Assembly (NCBI GenBank): GCA_035562675.1
Contig: DATMWF010000013.1
Span: 1-40,343, forward strand
Reading direction: 5' to 3'
DNA from: Arenimonas sp.
Lineage (GTDB): Bacteria; Pseudomonadota; Gammaproteobacteria; Xanthomonadales; Xanthomonadaceae
DNA length: 40,343 nucleotides
A program made the translations under genes and the position numbers. A model generated the notes under the pieces. The model did no database searches, had not been told where the DNA came from, and worked only from the letters and a program-made list of their open reading frames with translations. Below, piece after piece: positions 27,347 through 38,862 of the stretch. Within the stretch, counting starts at the first letter, position 1. Every line of letters begins with the position of its first letter.

Positions 27347-30226
27347 ATGACCAAACCAACCGCTTTGCCTCTTCCGCACGTTGCCCGTGATTTTTCCGCC
27401 CGCCACATCGGCCCCTCGCCGCAGGAAGTGCAGCAGATGCTGGACGCCGTCGGTGTCGATAGCATGGACACCTTGATTGCGGAAACATTGCCCGATTCCA
27501 TCCGCATCCTGAAACCGCTGAGCAGCATGGGCCGCGCCTTGTCCGAAGTGGAAGCGCTCGCCCGTCTGCGCGAACTGGCCTCCCGGAACCAGGTATTCAC
27601 CTCGCTGATCGGCCAGGGCTACAACGGTACCCTGACGCCGCTGGTAATCCTGCGCAATATCCTGGAAAACCCAGCCTGGTATACGGCTTACACGCCATAT
27701 CAGCCGGAAATCTCCCAAGGCCGCCTGGAAGCCCTGCTGAATTTCCAGACCATGATCTGCGAACTGACCGGCCTCGATGTCGCCAACGCCTCATTGCTGG
27801 ATGAAGGCACCGCCGCCGCGGAAGCCATGGCCGTCGCCGAACGCGTTTCAAAGAACAAAAGCAAGAAATTCTTCATTGACGAAAACTGCCATCCGCAGTC
27901 GATCGCCGTCATGCGCACCCGCGCCGAGCCGCTCGGCTGGGAATTGATCATCGGCAATCCAGACACCGATTTGACCGCCGCCGACGTCTGCGGCGCGATT
28001 TTCCAGTATCCGGGCAGCGACGGTGAGGTGCGTGACTTCCGCGCCGCCATCGCGCAGTTGAAAGCGGCCGGCGCGGTCAGCATCATGGCCGCCGACCCGT
28101 TGGCATTGACCATCCTCACCTCGCCGGGCGAACTCGGCGCAGACATAGCGATCGGCTCGACGCAGCGTTTCGGCGTACCGATGGGATACGGCGGTCCGCA
28201 TGCGGCCTATATGGCGGTCCGCGATGCGATCAAACGTAACATCCCCGGCCGATTGATCGGCGTCTCCGTCGATTCACGCGGACAGCCGGCCTACCGCCTG
28301 ACCCTGCAGACCCGCGAACAGCATATCCGCCGTGAAAAGGCCACATCGAACATCTGCACCGCACAGGTCCTATTGGCCGTCATCGCCTCCATGTACGCGG
28401 TCTATCACGGTCCGGAAGGCTTGGCGGCGATTGCGCACGATGTACACACGCGCAGCAAGGCACTGGCAGCCGGTCTGGGCAAACTGGGTTTCAAGATCCA
28501 GAACACGAATTACTTCGACACCGTTACCGTTGATGTCGGCACGCAACGGGATGCCATCATCGCCCGCGCCGCGGCGGAAAAAATCAATTTCCGCATCGTC
28601 AATGCCACGCGCCTGGGCATCGCGCTGGACGAAGCCACCACGCCGGAAACCATCGAAGCCGTCTGGCGGGCATTCGGCGGCACGCTGTCGTTTGCCGACA
28701 TCCCACACGACGCCAACGTCATTCCTGCCGGCCTGACACGCAAAGGCGCGTGCCTGAAGCATCCTATTTTCAGCCGGTACCGCTCCGAAACCGAATTGCT
28801 GCGTTACATGCGCAAATTATCGGACCGCGACCTGGCGCTGGACCGCGCGATGATCCCGCTCGGCTCCTGCACCATGAAGCTCAACGCCACCGCAGAGATG
28901 ATCCCCATCACCTGGCCGGAATTCGGCGCGCTGCATCCGTTCGCTCCCGCCGACCAGGCCAAGGGCTATTACGAGCTGTTCGACGACCTGAAAAAGTGGC
29001 TGGTTGAAATCACCGGATACGATGCCGTATCGCTGCAGCCGAATTCCGGCGCACAGGGCGAATACGCCGGCCTGCTGGCCATCCGCGGCTATCATCATGC
29101 GCGTGGTGATTTCAATCGTAAAATCTGCTTGATTCCTTCTTCCGCACACGGCACCAACCCGGCTTCGGCGCAGATGGTCGGCATGGATGTAGTGGTGGTG
29201 AATTGCGATTCCGAAGGCAATGTCGACGTCGACGACCTGCGCGCGAAGGCGGAAAAACATAGCGCGAATCTGGCGGCGCTGATGGTGACGTACCCATCCA
29301 CCCACGGCGTATTTGAAGAACGCATCGTTGAAATTTGCGATATCACCCATCAGCACGGCGGTCAGGTGTACATGGACGGCGCCAACATGAACGCGCAGGT
29401 CGGTTTGTCGCGTCCGGGTGATTTCGGCGCCGACGTGTCGCACTTGAACCTGCACAAGACGTTCTGCATCCCGCACGGCGGCGGCGGCCCGGGCATGGGC
29501 CCGATCGGCGTCAAAGCGCATCTCGCCCCGTATTTGCCCGGCCATCCGGCACTTGACGGCGGCACGGCGCCGGTCGGCCCGGTATCCGCTGCGCCATTCG
29601 GTTCGTCATCCATTCTGCCGATCAGCTACGCCTACATCCTGATGATGGGCGGCGACGGCCTGAAGCTCGCCACCGAAGTCGCCATTCTCAGTGCCAACTA
29701 CATGGCGGCGCGTCTGCATCCGCACTTCCCGGTGCTGTTCCAGAACCACAATGGCCGCGTCGCGCACGAATGCATCATCGATCCGCGCCCGCTCAAAGAC
29801 GCCTGCGGCGTGTCCGTCGACGACATCGCCAAGCGTCTGATCGATTTCGGCTTCCACGCGCCGACCATGAGCTTTCCGGTGCCCGGCACCTTGATGATCG
29901 AGCCGACCGAATCGGAAGCCAAGGTGGAACTGGACCGTTTCTGCGATGCGATGATCGCGATCCGCCATGAGATCGGCGAAATCCAGGACGGCCGCTTCCC
30001 GGTGGAGCAGAGTCCGCTGCGCCATGCGCCGCACACCGTGCATGACCTGGTCGAGGCCGATTGGAACCGTCCTTACTCGCGCGAAGAGGGCGTTTTCCCG
30101 GCCGGCAGCTCGCGTCAGGACAAATACTGGAGCCCGGTCGGCCGCGTCGATAACGTGTACGGCGACCGCAACCTGGTCTGCATCTGCCCGACGCCGGATG
30201 AATACCGCGACGAAGAAGCAGCCTGA
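27347..30226 (+). CDS. gcvP: Glycine dehydrogenase (decarboxylating), glycine cleavage P protein
   Basis: Start ATG 27347. [41 protein letters not shown] and [19 protein letters not shown]. Confidence 0.97.
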   Translation: MTKPTALPLPHVARDFSARHIGPSPQEVQQMLDAVGVDSMDTLIAETLPDSIRILKPLSSMGRALSEVEALARLRELASRNQVFTSLIGQGYNGTLTPLVILRNILENPAWYTAYTPYQPEISQGRLEALLNFQTMICELTGLDVANASLLDEGTAAAEAMAVAERVSKNKSKKFFIDENCHPQSIAVMRTRAEPLGWELIIGNPDTDLTAADVCGAIFQYPGSDGEVRDFRAAIAQLKAAGAVSIMAADPLALTILTSPGELGADIAIGSTQRFGVPMGYGGPHAAYMAVRDAIKRNIPGRLIGVSVDSRGQPAYRLTLQTREQHIRREKATSNICTAQVLLAVIASMYAVYHGPEGLAAIAHDVHTRSKALAAGLGKLGFKIQNTNYFDTVTVDVGTQRDAIIARAAAEKINFRIVNATRLGIALDEATTPETIEAVWRAFGGTLSFADIPHDANVIPAGLTRKGACLKHPIFSRYRSETELLRYMRKLSDRDLALDRAMIPLGSCTMKLNATAEMIPITWPEFGALHPFAPADQAKGYYELFDDLKKWLVEITGYDAVSLQPNSGAQGEYAGLLAIRGYHHARGDFNRKICLIPSSAHGTNPASAQMVGMDVVVVNCDSEGNVDVDDLRAKAEKHSANLAALMVTYPSTHGVFEERIVEICDITHQHGGQVYMDGANMNAQVGLSRPGDFGADVSHLNLHKTFCIPHGGGGPGMGPIGVKAHLAPYLPGHPALDGGTAPVGPVSAAPFGSSSILPISYAYILMMGGDGLKLATEVAILSANYMAARLHPHFPVLFQNHNGRVAHECIIDPRPLKDACGVSVDDIAKRLIDFGFHAPTMSFPVPGTLMIEPTESEAKVELDRFCDAMIAIRHEIGEIQDGRFPVEQSPLRHAPHTVHDLVEADWNRPYSREEGVFPAGSSRQDKYWSPVGRVDNVYGDRNLVCICPTPDEYRDEEAA

Positions 30227-30238
30227 CACAAACCTGAC

Positions 30239-30280
30239 GGGCCGGAGGGTGATCCAATCCCCTCCGGCCCATTCGTGTTT
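30239..30280 (+). terminator. Hairpin after gcvP, probable terminator
   Basis: GGGCCGGAGGG/CCCTCCGGCCC 11-bp stem followed by an imperfect U-tract (ATTCGTGTTT). Confidence 0.6.
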
Positions 30281-30318
30281 ATACGCGATTGCACAAGCCT
30301 TTGATTTAAGGGCATGGC

Positions 30319-30347
30319 TGGACAATACAGCCCGAATCCGCTAAAAT
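30319..30347 (+). promoter_or_regulatory. Sigma70-type promoter of carAB
   Basis: TGGACA-N17-TAAAAT. Confidence 0.6.
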
Positions 30348-30439
30348 TCTCGCTCGCCTAAACCGCCTTTTTGCAATCCGTGCGCAATGCACGTTTTTGT
30401 TGCAGGAAGAACCTTAACTTTTCATTAAAGGCGCGCTTT

Positions 30440-31561
30440 GTGACCCAATCTGCCATTCTCGCTCTCGAAGACGGAACCCTGTTCGAGGGCTTATCCGTAG
30501 GCGCAACCGGCATATCCGTCGGTGAAGTGGTGTTCAATACCGCCATGACCGGCTACCAGGAGATCCTGACCGATCCCTCCTATTCGCGGCAGTTGGTGAC
30601 CTTGACCTACCCGCACATCGGCAATACCGGCATCACCGAACAGGATAACGAGTCCGGCAAGGTCTACGCGGCCGGATTGATCGTGCGCGACGTGCCGCGC
30701 CGCGCCAGCAACTGGCGCAGCCAGATCGATCTGCCGAACTGGCTGGTCAAACACGGCGTGGTGGCGATTTCGGACATAGATACCCGCAAATTGACCCGCA
30801 TGCTGCGTGAGCGGGGCGCCATGAGCGGCGCGCTGATGGCCGGCGTCATCGACGTCGAGCAGGCCGTCGAGGCCGCACGCAAGTTCACCGGGCTGAAAGG
30901 CATGGATCTGGCCAAAGTTGTCAGTTGCGCCGGCGCCTACGCGTGGCAGGGCGGTCAGCTTGACCTGAACAGCCAGACATTCCTTGAAACGCCGCCGCGC
31001 TTCCATGTCGTCGCCTATGATTTCGGCGTCAAGCACAACATCCTGCGCATGCTGGCCGAGCGCGGCTGCCGCATCACCGTGGTGCCTGCGCAGACTTCAG
31101 CTGAAGACGCCTTGGCGCTGAAGCCGGACGGCATTTTCCTTTCCAACGGCCCTGGCGATCCCGCGCCGTGCGATTACGCCATCGCGGCGATCAAAACCTT
31201 CATCGCGAACAAAATCCCGATGTTCGGCATCTGCCTGGGCCATCAGCTGCTTGCACTGGCGTCCGGCGCGCAGACCCTCAAGATGAAGTTCGGCCATCAC
31301 GGCGCCAACCACCCGGTCATCGACCTCGGTTCCCGGCGCGTGCTGATCACCTCGCAGAACCATGGTTTCGCCATTGATGAAAGTACGCTGCCGGGCAATG
31401 TGACGGTCACCCACCGCTCGCTGTTCGACCAGTCAAACCAGGGCATCGCACTGAACGACGCGCCGGCTTTCAGCTTCCAGGGCCATCCGGAAGCCAGCCC
31501 GGGCCCACATGATGTTTCCTATCTATTCGACCGCTTTACCGCGCTCATGGAGAACGCGTAA
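30440..31561 (+). CDS. carA: Carbamoyl-phosphate synthase small subunit
   Basis: GTG start at 30440 ([11 protein letters not shown]). [29 protein letters not shown] and [13 protein letters not shown]. Confidence 0.96.
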   Translation: MTQSAILALEDGTLFEGLSVGATGISVGEVVFNTAMTGYQEILTDPSYSRQLVTLTYPHIGNTGITEQDNESGKVYAAGLIVRDVPRRASNWRSQIDLPNWLVKHGVVAISDIDTRKLTRMLRERGAMSGALMAGVIDVEQAVEAARKFTGLKGMDLAKVVSCAGAYAWQGGQLDLNSQTFLETPPRFHVVAYDFGVKHNILRMLAERGCRITVVPAQTSAEDALALKPDGIFLSNGPGDPAPCDYAIAAIKTFIANKIPMFGICLGHQLLALASGAQTLKMKFGHHGANHPVIDLGSRRVLITSQNHGFAIDESTLPGNVTVTHRSLFDQSNQGIALNDAPAFSFQGHPEASPGPHDVSYLFDRFTALMENA

Positions 31562-34500
31562 TGCCTAAGCGCACCGATATTAAAACCATCCTCATCATCG
31601 GCGCCGGTCCCATCGTCATCGGCCAGGCCTGCGAATTCGATTACTCGGGCGCCCAGGCCTGCAAGGCGCTACGCGAAGAAGGTTACCGCGTGGTGCTGGT
31701 CAATTCCAATCCGGCCACCATCATGACCGACCCGGACATGGCCGACGCCGTGTACATCGAACCGATCAACCCGGCTACCGTCGAGCGCATCATCGCCAAG
31801 GAAAAACCGGATGCGCTGCTGCCGACCATGGGCGGCCAGACCGCGCTGAACTGCGCGCTGACCATGGCCGACGAGGGCACCCTGGACAAATACGGGGTTC
31901 AGCTGATCGGCGCCTCGCGGGAGGCCATCCGCATGGCGGAAGACCGCGAGCTGTTCCGCATCGCCATGGCCGAAATCGGCCTGGACTGCCCGAAGGCGGA
32001 AATCGCCCGCACCCTCGAACAGGCCCTGGACGTGCAGACCCGCGTCGGCTATCCGACCATCATCCGCCCGAGTTTCACGCTGGGCGGCAGCGGCGGAGGC
32101 ATCGCCTACAACCGTGAGGAATTCATCGAAATCACCAAACGCGGCCTTGACCTGTCACCGACCACCGAAGTGCTGATCGAGGAATCCGTGCTCGGCTGGA
32201 AGGAATACGAGATGGAGGTGGTGCGCGACACCGCCGACAACTGCATCATCGTCTGCTCGATCGAAAACCTCGATCCGATGGGCGTGCACACCGGCGATTC
32301 GATTACCGTGGCCCCGGCACAGACGCTGACCGACAAGGAATACCAGCGTCTGCGTGACGCCTCGATCGCTGTGCTGCGCAAGATCGGGGTCGATACCGGC
32401 GGTTCCAACGTGCAATTCGGCATCAATGCCGAGGACGGCCGGGTGGTCGTCATCGAGATGAACCCGCGCGTATCGCGGTCCTCGGCGTTGGCCTCCAAAG
32501 CCACCGGCTTCCCGATCGCCAAGATCGCCGCGAAGCTGGCGGTCGGCTACACCCTGGATGAGCTGAAGAACGAAATCACCGGCGGCCTGACGCCGGCCTC
32601 CTTCGAGCCGACCATCGATTATGTGGTCACCAAGATCCCGCGTTTCGCGTTCGAGAAGTTCCCGTCCGCCGATGCCCGCCTGACCACGCAGATGAAATCG
32701 GTCGGTGAAGTGATGGCCATGGGCCGAACCTTCCAGGAGTCCGTGCAGAAAGCCCTGCGCGGCCTTGAAATCGGCAAGGTCGGTTTCGACCCGACCGGCG
32801 ACGCCGAGCTGGGCGAGGATGGCCTGACGCGCATCAAGCGCGAATTGAAGGAGCCGGGACCCGAACGCCTGTTCCAGGTCGCGGAAGCGTTCCGCGCCGG
32901 CCTGAGCGTGGACGAGGTGTTCAAACTCAGCTTCATCGACCCGTGGTTCCTCGACCAGATCGAGGAGCTGATCGTTTTTGAAACCGAGCTTGCGCAGAGC
33001 GGCCTTGAGAACATGGATGTCAAAGTGATGCGGCAGCTCAAGCGCAGGGGATTCTCCGACGCCCGCATCGCGCAGCTGTGCCAGACCAACGAGCCGGCCA
33101 TCCGCGCCCTGCGCCATGCGATGGGCATCCGCCCGACCTACAAGCGCGTCGATTCCTGCGGCGCGGAATTCGCCACCGGCACCGCGTACATGTATTCGAC
33201 CTATGAAGACGAATGCGAAGCGGCGCCGACCGACCGTAAAAAGATCATCGTGCTGGGCGGCGGCCCGAACCGCATCGGGCAGGGCATCGAGTTCGATTAC
33301 TGCTGCGTGCACGCCTCCCTGGCGCTGCGCGAGGATGGCTATGAAACCATCATGATCAACTGCAACCCGGAAACCGTTTCCACCGATTTCGACACCTCCG
33401 ACCGCCTGTATTTCGAGCCGGTGACCTTCGAGGACGTGATGGAAATCATCGACCTGGAGAAACCGGTCGGCGTCATCGTCCAGTATGGCGGGCAGACCCC
33501 GCTGAAGCTTGCGCGGGCGCTGGAAGCTGCCGGCGCGCCGATCATCGGCACATCGCCGGATTCCATCGACTGGGCGGAGGACCGTGAGCGCTTCCAGCAG
33601 CTGGTCGAACAGTTGGACCTTCTGCAGCCGCCGAACCGCACCGCCCGCAACCAGGAACAGGCATTGACGCTGGCCAATGAAATCGGCTATCCGCTGGTCG
33701 TGCGTCCGAGCTACGTGCTGGGCGGACGCGCCATGGAAGTGGTGTATTCCGATGAAGACCTGTCACGCTATATCCGCGATGCCGTCAAGGTCTCCAACGA
33801 TTCGCCGGTGCTGCTTGACCGGTTCCTGGACCACGCAGTGGAAGTGGACGTCGACATCATCGCCGATGCCGAAGGCAACGTGCTGATCGGCGGCATCATG
33901 GAGCATATCGAAGAGGCCGGCATCCATTCAGGCGATTCCTCCTGCTCGTTGCCGCCGTACACGCTCAGCGCTGAAATCCAGCACAAACTGCGTGTGCAGG
34001 TCACGCAAATGGCCAAGGCGCTGAAAGTCATCGGCCTGATGAACACCCAATTCGCCATCCAGGGTGAAACCATCTACGTGCTCGAAGTGAATCCGCGCGC
34101 CTCGCGCACCGTGCCGTTCGTGTCCAAAGCCATCGGCGTTCCGTTGGCCAAGATCGCCGCGCGCTGCATGGCGGGCCAGTCGCTGGCATCGCAGAACGCC
34201 ACGCGTGAAATCATACCGGATTACTACTCGGTGAAAGAAGCGATCTTTCCGTTCGCGAAATTCCAGAACGTCGACCCCATCCTTGGTCCGGAGATGCGCT
34301 CAACCGGTGAAGTGATGGGTGTCGGCCGCACCTTCGCCGAAGCCTTCGGCCGCGCTGAAGAAGCGGCCAGCATCAAGGTGCCGCAGGCCGGGAAAGCGTT
34401 TGTTTCGGTACGCGACGCCGATAAGCCACGTTTGGTTGAAGTGGCTGAAATGCTTTTGAAAAAAGGCTTCAGTCTCGTGGCTACCAGCGGGACCAGCCAA

Positions 34501-34788
34501 TTCCTGGGCGCGCAGGGCCTTCCATGTGAGTCAATCAACAAAGTCGCCGAGGGCCGCCCGCATATCGTCGATCTGATCAAGAACGGTGAGATCAACTATA
34601 TCGTCAACACCACCGAAGGCAAAGCCGCCATCGCCGACTCGTTCTCGATACGCCGGGAAGCGCTGCAGCACCGCGTGGTGTATTCGACCACCATCCCCGG
34701 CGCCAAAGCGCTCATCCAATCCATCGACACCCGCGGCAACCCGCGGGTATGGTCTTTGCAGGAACTGCACAAGGAAGTCCACGGATGA
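31561..34788 (+). CDS. carB: Carbamoyl-phosphate synthase large subunit
   Basis: [30 protein letters not shown], duplicated ATP-grasp halves and a C-terminal MGS domain. Confidence 0.98.
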   Translation: MPKRTDIKTILIIGAGPIVIGQACEFDYSGAQACKALREEGYRVVLVNSNPATIMTDPDMADAVYIEPINPATVERIIAKEKPDALLPTMGGQTALNCALTMADEGTLDKYGVQLIGASREAIRMAEDRELFRIAMAEIGLDCPKAEIARTLEQALDVQTRVGYPTIIRPSFTLGGSGGGIAYNREEFIEITKRGLDLSPTTEVLIEESVLGWKEYEMEVVRDTADNCIIVCSIENLDPMGVHTGDSITVAPAQTLTDKEYQRLRDASIAVLRKIGVDTGGSNVQFGINAEDGRVVVIEMNPRVSRSSALASKATGFPIAKIAAKLAVGYTLDELKNEITGGLTPASFEPTIDYVVTKIPRFAFEKFPSADARLTTQMKSVGEVMAMGRTFQESVQKALRGLEIGKVGFDPTGDAELGEDGLTRIKRELKEPGPERLFQVAEAFRAGLSVDEVFKLSFIDPWFLDQIEELIVFETELAQSGLENMDVKVMRQLKRRGFSDARIAQLCQTNEPAIRALRHAMGIRPTYKRVDSCGAEFATGTAYMYSTYEDECEAAPTDRKKIIVLGGGPNRIGQGIEFDYCCVHASLALREDGYETIMINCNPETVSTDFDTSDRLYFEPVTFEDVMEIIDLEKPVGVIVQYGGQTPLKLARALEAAGAPIIGTSPDSIDWAEDRERFQQLVEQLDLLQPPNRTARNQEQALTLANEIGYPLVVRPSYVLGGRAMEVVYSDEDLSRYIRDAVKVSNDSPVLLDRFLDHAVEVDVDIIADAEGNVLIGGIMEHIEEAGIHSGDSSCSLPPYTLSAEIQHKLRVQVTQMAKALKVIGLMNTQFAIQGETIYVLEVNPRASRTVPFVSKAIGVPLAKIAARCMAGQSLASQNATREIIPDYYSVKEAIFPFAKFQNVDPILGPEMRSTGEVMGVGRTFAEAFGRAEEAASIKVPQAGKAFVSVRDADKPRLVEVAEMLLKKGFSLVATSGTSQFLGAQGLPCESINKVAEGRPHIVDLIKNGEINYIVNTTEGKAAIADSFSIRREALQHRVVYSTTIPGAKALIQSIDTRGNPRVWSLQELHKEVHG

Positions 34789-35267
34789 CGACGATAGCCC
34801 CGCTGACGCACAAAGGCGCCGTCCGTCTCCGCGAGGAGCTCGAGCACCTGAAGTCCGTCAAACGTCCGCAGGTCATCGACGCGATCGCCGAGGCACGCGC
34901 GCACGGCGACCTGAAGGAAAACGCCGAATACCATGCCGCCCGGGAGCAGCAGAGCTTTATCGAAGGCCGCATCCGCGAGCTGGAATTCGTGCTTTCACAT
35001 TGCCAGATCATCGATGTCAGCAAGCTGAACGCAGGCACACGTGTGGTGTTCGGCGCCACGGTGGAACTGATCGATGTCGACACGGACGTCACGATAACCT
35101 ACAGGATCGTCGGCGACCTCGAATCCGACATCAAACAGCGGATGATATCCATCTCCTCGCCGATCGCCCGCGCCATGATCGGCAAGCACGAAGGCGATGC
35201 GATAACCATCGAAGCGCCCGGCGGCCAACGGGAATATGAGATCAGCGCGGTCCGCTACATCGATTGA
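34785..35267 (+). CDS. greA: Transcription elongation factor GreA
   Basis: ATGA overlap with car[20 protein letters not shown] and [10 protein letters not shown]. Confidence 0.96.
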   Translation: MTTIAPLTHKGAVRLREELEHLKSVKRPQVIDAIAEARAHGDLKENAEYHAAREQQSFIEGRIRELEFVLSHCQIIDVSKLNAGTRVVFGATVELIDVDTDVTITYRIVGDLESDIKQRMISISSPIARAMIGKHEGDAITIEAPGGQREYEISAVRYID

Positions 35268-35269
35268 CG

Positions 35270-36148
35270 ATGGCGGAACCGGTACAAGCGGTATTGCTGT
35301 TGCCAGAAAGGCGCCGGTTCGCCGGCCAGGACTTCAGCCCATCTTTCCGTGCCAAGTCACGCCGCTTCAGTTCGGAAGCGCACGATGCCGGCGAGACAGC
35401 GCAGCTGCAGCGGCATTTCCAGTGCGTTCCGGCCTCGTGGCCGATGGCGGCGCTGAGCCGCCAAGCCGGCGCAGGCGATGCCGAAGGTTGCCAGTGGCTG
35501 TTCGCGGACCCCATCCATCTGCAGATGGAGATGCGCGACGCGCGGATCATGGCCTGGGATAACCTCGCCGTGTCACCAGACGAGTGGAATGCCATGCAAT
35601 CGGCATTGGTTGCCGTGTTCGGCGAAGCCGGATTTGAACTGAGCTTGGCACCGGACAAACGTCTCTACCTGCGCATGGCATCCGGGGCGGCAGTGCCGGA
35701 TTTCATGCCGGCCCCCGATGTGCTTGGCCGCTCGCTTTCGGAAAACCTGCCCGGTGACCGCAAATGGGCGGCTTTGTTCAACGAGTGCCAGGTTATCCTG
35801 TACAACCATCCACTCAACGTGGAGCGCCAACGCGGTGGCCAGGCGACCGTCAACGGGCTGTGGTTCTGGGGGCAGGGCACGCTACCGGCCGTCGTCTACC
35901 ACGGTTTCAGCCGCATTGACTCAAACAGCGCTGACATACGCGCCTTGGCGCATCATGGCCGGCAACGCAATACGTCTGGATCCGTCCACCTGTTCGACTT
36001 ACGCCATAAGCGGGAATGGAAACAGGCGGAGACGCTGTTCGATCCGGCGCGTCAAACCCTTTTCGATTTCGCCGACGGCCACCGCTGGCTCTGGCGGCCG
36101 GATTACCGCTGGCATTTCTGGCGGCGGACGTCAGTCGGTTTTGGCTGA
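35270..36148 (+). CDS. RpfE-like / phosphoglycerate-mutase-like protein
   Basis: AQLQRHF...WPMAALSRQ, ADPIHL, NECQVILYNHPLNVER and VNGLWFWGQG. Its place between greA and recJ matches the Xanthomonas greA-rpfE-recJ order. Confidence 0.7.
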   Translation: MAEPVQAVLLLPERRRFAGQDFSPSFRAKSRRFSSEAHDAGETAQLQRHFQCVPASWPMAALSRQAGAGDAEGCQWLFADPIHLQMEMRDARIMAWDNLAVSPDEWNAMQSALVAVFGEAGFELSLAPDKRLYLRMASGAAVPDFMPAPDVLGRSLSENLPGDRKWAALFNECQVILYNHPLNVERQRGGQATVNGLWFWGQGTLPAVVYHGFSRIDSNSADIRALAHHGRQRNTSGSVHLFDLRHKREWKQAETLFDPARQTLFDFADGHRWLWRPDYRWHFWRRTSVGFG

Positions 36149-36943
36149 AGGTTTTGCATCGACGGGCTTGCCCTTGTCAATGAACTCCGGTGACAGGGGA
36201 AGCAGGAACGAAGCCCCTTTGCCGACCATGTCCACGGTGCCGTAACGGCTGTCGCAAAGCGCCTCGTTCTGGGCTATGCGGTCATCGGCGAGTTTCTGCC
36301 GGGTCTTGTCCTTGCTTGATCCCTGAAGCAGCAACTGCCCGAATTCGCGGGTGAACGTATCCAGCAGGGCGTAAGCATCTCCGATCGACGAAACCTTGGC
36401 GCTGTTGAACGCCGGGTTGGCGCCTTTGGCCCAGCGCATGAATGCGGCCGTTTTGCCGGCCGTGCTGGCCCGCGCATCCAGGGAGATGGCGCCCATGCCG
36501 ACAGGTATCCGGAATGGCCCCGGCACAAAGGCATCGACGGCGGCGGAAACGCCCGATATCGTCTTGGACGTCGGGGTTATGCCCGTCAAGGCGATTTCAA
36601 TCCGAAGCGCTGTTTCGGACGGCACAGGCTCCGCCACAAGATACTGGCCCAATCGGTTGCATACCGAACGGTTCAGGGAATTGCTGAGCAAGGCCAGTTG
36701 CTCCGTGCTGATGCCTTCACGGGCTTCCGGCAGTTTCAGCGCGATTTCCGGCAGGGCGTAGGAGGCGATCGGCGCCAGCAACGCGCTGTCCACGAAACGG
36801 GAAACCCGGCGGCCTTGCTGGTCGCTGACGGATTCGAGCGGCTTGTCGCTGGTCAATTGGTTGCCATTCGACTGCGGTATGCTGGCACAGGCGCTGAGCA
36901 GCAGTGCCGGGGCAAGCAGGCAGTAAATCAATCGGGATGGCAT
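36131..36943 (-). CDS. Lipoprotein, DUF3313-like
   Basis: Signal peptide with lipobox LSAC; the middle region (LRIEIALTGITPTS...GAISLDA) resembles DUF3313 proteins. Confidence 0.65.
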   Translation of the reverse strand: MPSRLIYCLLAPALLLSACASIPQSNGNQLTSDKPLESVSDQQGRRVSRFVDSALLAPIASYALPEIALKLPEAREGISTEQLALLSNSLNRSVCNRLGQYLVAEPVPSETALRIEIALTGITPTSKTISGVSAAVDAFVPGPFRIPVGMGAISLDARASTAGKTAAFMRWAKGANPAFNSAKVSSIGDAYALLDTFTREFGQLLLQGSSKDKTRQKLADDRIAQNEALCDSRYGTVDMVGKGASFLLPLSPEFIDKGKPVDAKPSAKTD

Positions 36944-37093
36944 TGCAGTTGTCTACCAGTTAGGTTAATCAAGCAATATGCATCATGCACCGCCTGTCGT
37001 AGCCGCTGTGTGAAGGTTAGCCTGAATGCCGATTCAGGCATTTCCTACGGAATCCTGTTTTTGGATGCCGCCAAAGTCCGTATCATGGTGGCC

Positions 37094-38818
37094 ATGCAGA
37101 CTGAAAGCCGAATACAGCAGCGCAGCGTCGATCCTTCCATCGTCGGCCTGCATCCCGTTGCGATCATGAACCGCATTTTCGCAGCCCGTGGCCTGACTGA
37201 TGCCGGACAGGCCGATTTGAGCCTGAGCCAGCTCCTGCCGCCAGAGGGACTCTCCAATATCGGGCCTGCCGTAGATCTCCTGCTTTCCGCCATCCGCAAC
37301 GGCAAACGCATCGTGGTGGTCGGTGACTTCGACTGCGACGGCGCGACCGGAACGGCCGTTGCCGTGCGCGGCCTGACCATGCTTGGCGCTAGCCATGTGT
37401 TTTACAAGGTGCCGCACCGTGTGCTGCATGGCTATGGCTTGACTCCGGCTTTGGTCGATGAACTGAACGAACTGGAACCGGACCTCATCATCACCGTGGA
37501 CAGCGGCATTGCCTGCCTGCCGGGCGTTTCGCGTGCCAAGGCCTTGGGTTATTCGGTATTGGTCACGGATCACCATCTGCCGGGTGAACAGTTACCGGAC
37601 GCCGATGTGATCGTTAATCCCAACTTGCCTGAAGACGCCTTCCCAAGCAAGTCACTGGCCGGCGTAGGGGTGATGTTTTACCTGTTGCTTTCCGTGCGAC
37701 GGGCCCTGCGCGCGGCCGGCTTGCCCGGGGCGGATGCCGACTTATCGAGCCTGCTGGATTTAGTGGCCATCGGCACGGTGGCGGACATGGTCAGACTCGA
37801 CGCCAATAACCGCCGCTTGGTGAGGGCCGGACTGTCACGGATCCGCAAAGGCCAATGCCATCCAGGCGTGAAAGCGCTTGCGCGCATAAGCGGTGTGGAA
37901 CTGTCGACGCTTTCGGAAACCGACATCGGCTTCAGGCTCGCGCCGAAAATCAATGCCGCAGGGCGTCTGGAAGACATGTCGCTGGGCATCGAATGCCTGC
38001 TGACGGAATCCATGGCGGCGGCGGTTGACATGGCTACCTCGCTGGCCTCGATCAACACCGAGCGCCAGGAAATCCAGCAACAGATGCTTGATGACGCGGA
38101 TGCGGCGGTCAACCGGTTAGTCGGTGAGCAGGTGCATGGATCCCAGCTGGCCTTTGTCCTGCATCAAGCCCATTGGCATCCGGGCATCATCGGGCTGGTG
38201 GCCTCACGGGTCAAGGACCGGCTGCATCGACCGGTTGTGGTGTTCGCGCCCGGCGAGCCGGGTAGCGCCGAGTTACGCGGGTCGGCCCGCTCCATCGCCG
38301 GATTCCATGTCCGGGACGCGCTGGCGCAGGTCGATGCGATGAATCCCGGCATGATCGCACGGTTCGGCGGCCATGCCATGGCCGCTGGCCTGAGCCTTGC
38401 GTCGGACGCCCTGCCAGCATTCACCAAAGCCTTCCAGGATGTCGCCAGGCGATGGATCGGCGATGACCTGCTCGATGACGTGTTACTCACCGACGGCGGG
38501 CTTTCGGCCGATGAGCTGAGCCGGGAAACCGCCGAACTGCTGGGCCGCTGCGGACCGTGGGGGCAAGGCTTCGCCGAACCGATGTTCGGCAATGTGTTCG
38601 AGATCCGTTCCTGGCAGGTCCTGAAGGACAGGCATCTCAAACTGCAGCTGGCGTTGCCCGGCCAAAGGCAAACCGTCAACGGCATCTGCTTCAACGCATG
38701 GCAGGGGATTGCGCCGCCGCCGGTCATTCTCGCGGCGTACCATCTGCATACGAATGATTTCCGCGACAAACGCGATTTCCAGTGCTTAATTCGCCATTTC
38801 GAGGCTGTTCAAGGCTAA
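37094..38818 (+). CDS. recJ: Single-stranded-DNA exonuclease RecJ
   Basis: GDFDCDGATG, GYGL, ITVDSG, TDHH, AIGTVAD, INAAGRL, GSARS and FGGHAMAAG. Start at 37094 or 37085, not 36698. Confidence 0.95.
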   Translation: MQTESRIQQRSVDPSIVGLHPVAIMNRIFAARGLTDAGQADLSLSQLLPPEGLSNIGPAVDLLLSAIRNGKRIVVVGDFDCDGATGTAVAVRGLTMLGASHVFYKVPHRVLHGYGLTPALVDELNELEPDLIITVDSGIACLPGVSRAKALGYSVLVTDHHLPGEQLPDADVIVNPNLPEDAFPSKSLAGVGVMFYLLLSVRRALRAAGLPGADADLSSLLDLVAIGTVADMVRLDANNRRLVRAGLSRIRKGQCHPGVKALARISGVELSTLSETDIGFRLAPKINAAGRLEDMSLGIECLLTESMAAAVDMATSLASINTERQEIQQQMLDDADAAVNRLVGEQVHGSQLAFVLHQAHWHPGIIGLVASRVKDRLHRPVVVFAPGEPGSAELRGSARSIAGFHVRDALAQVDAMNPGMIARFGGHAMAAGLSLASDALPAFTKAFQDVARRWIGDDLLDDVLLTDGGLSADELSRETAELLGRCGPWGQGFAEPMFGNVFEIRSWQVLKDRHLKLQLALPGQRQTVNGICFNAWQGIAPPPVILAAYHLHTNDFRDKRDFQCLIRHFEAVQG

Positions 38819-38822
38819 GCTC

Positions 38823-38831
38823 TGCTAAAAT
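38823..38831 (+). promoter_or_regulatory. Extended -10 element upstream of prfB
   Basis: TGCTAAAAT. Confidence 0.45.
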
Positions 38832-38862
38832 ACGCGATTGATTATCTTGAGTTTCAACCACT

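Noticed and set aside
32155-33312. 385-aa minus-strand ORF
   Set aside because: Shadow of carB.
36698-37093. Apparent ~130-aa N-terminal extension of RecJ
   Set aside because: It overlaps the antisense lipoprotein gene; RecJ-like sequence begins only near 37094.
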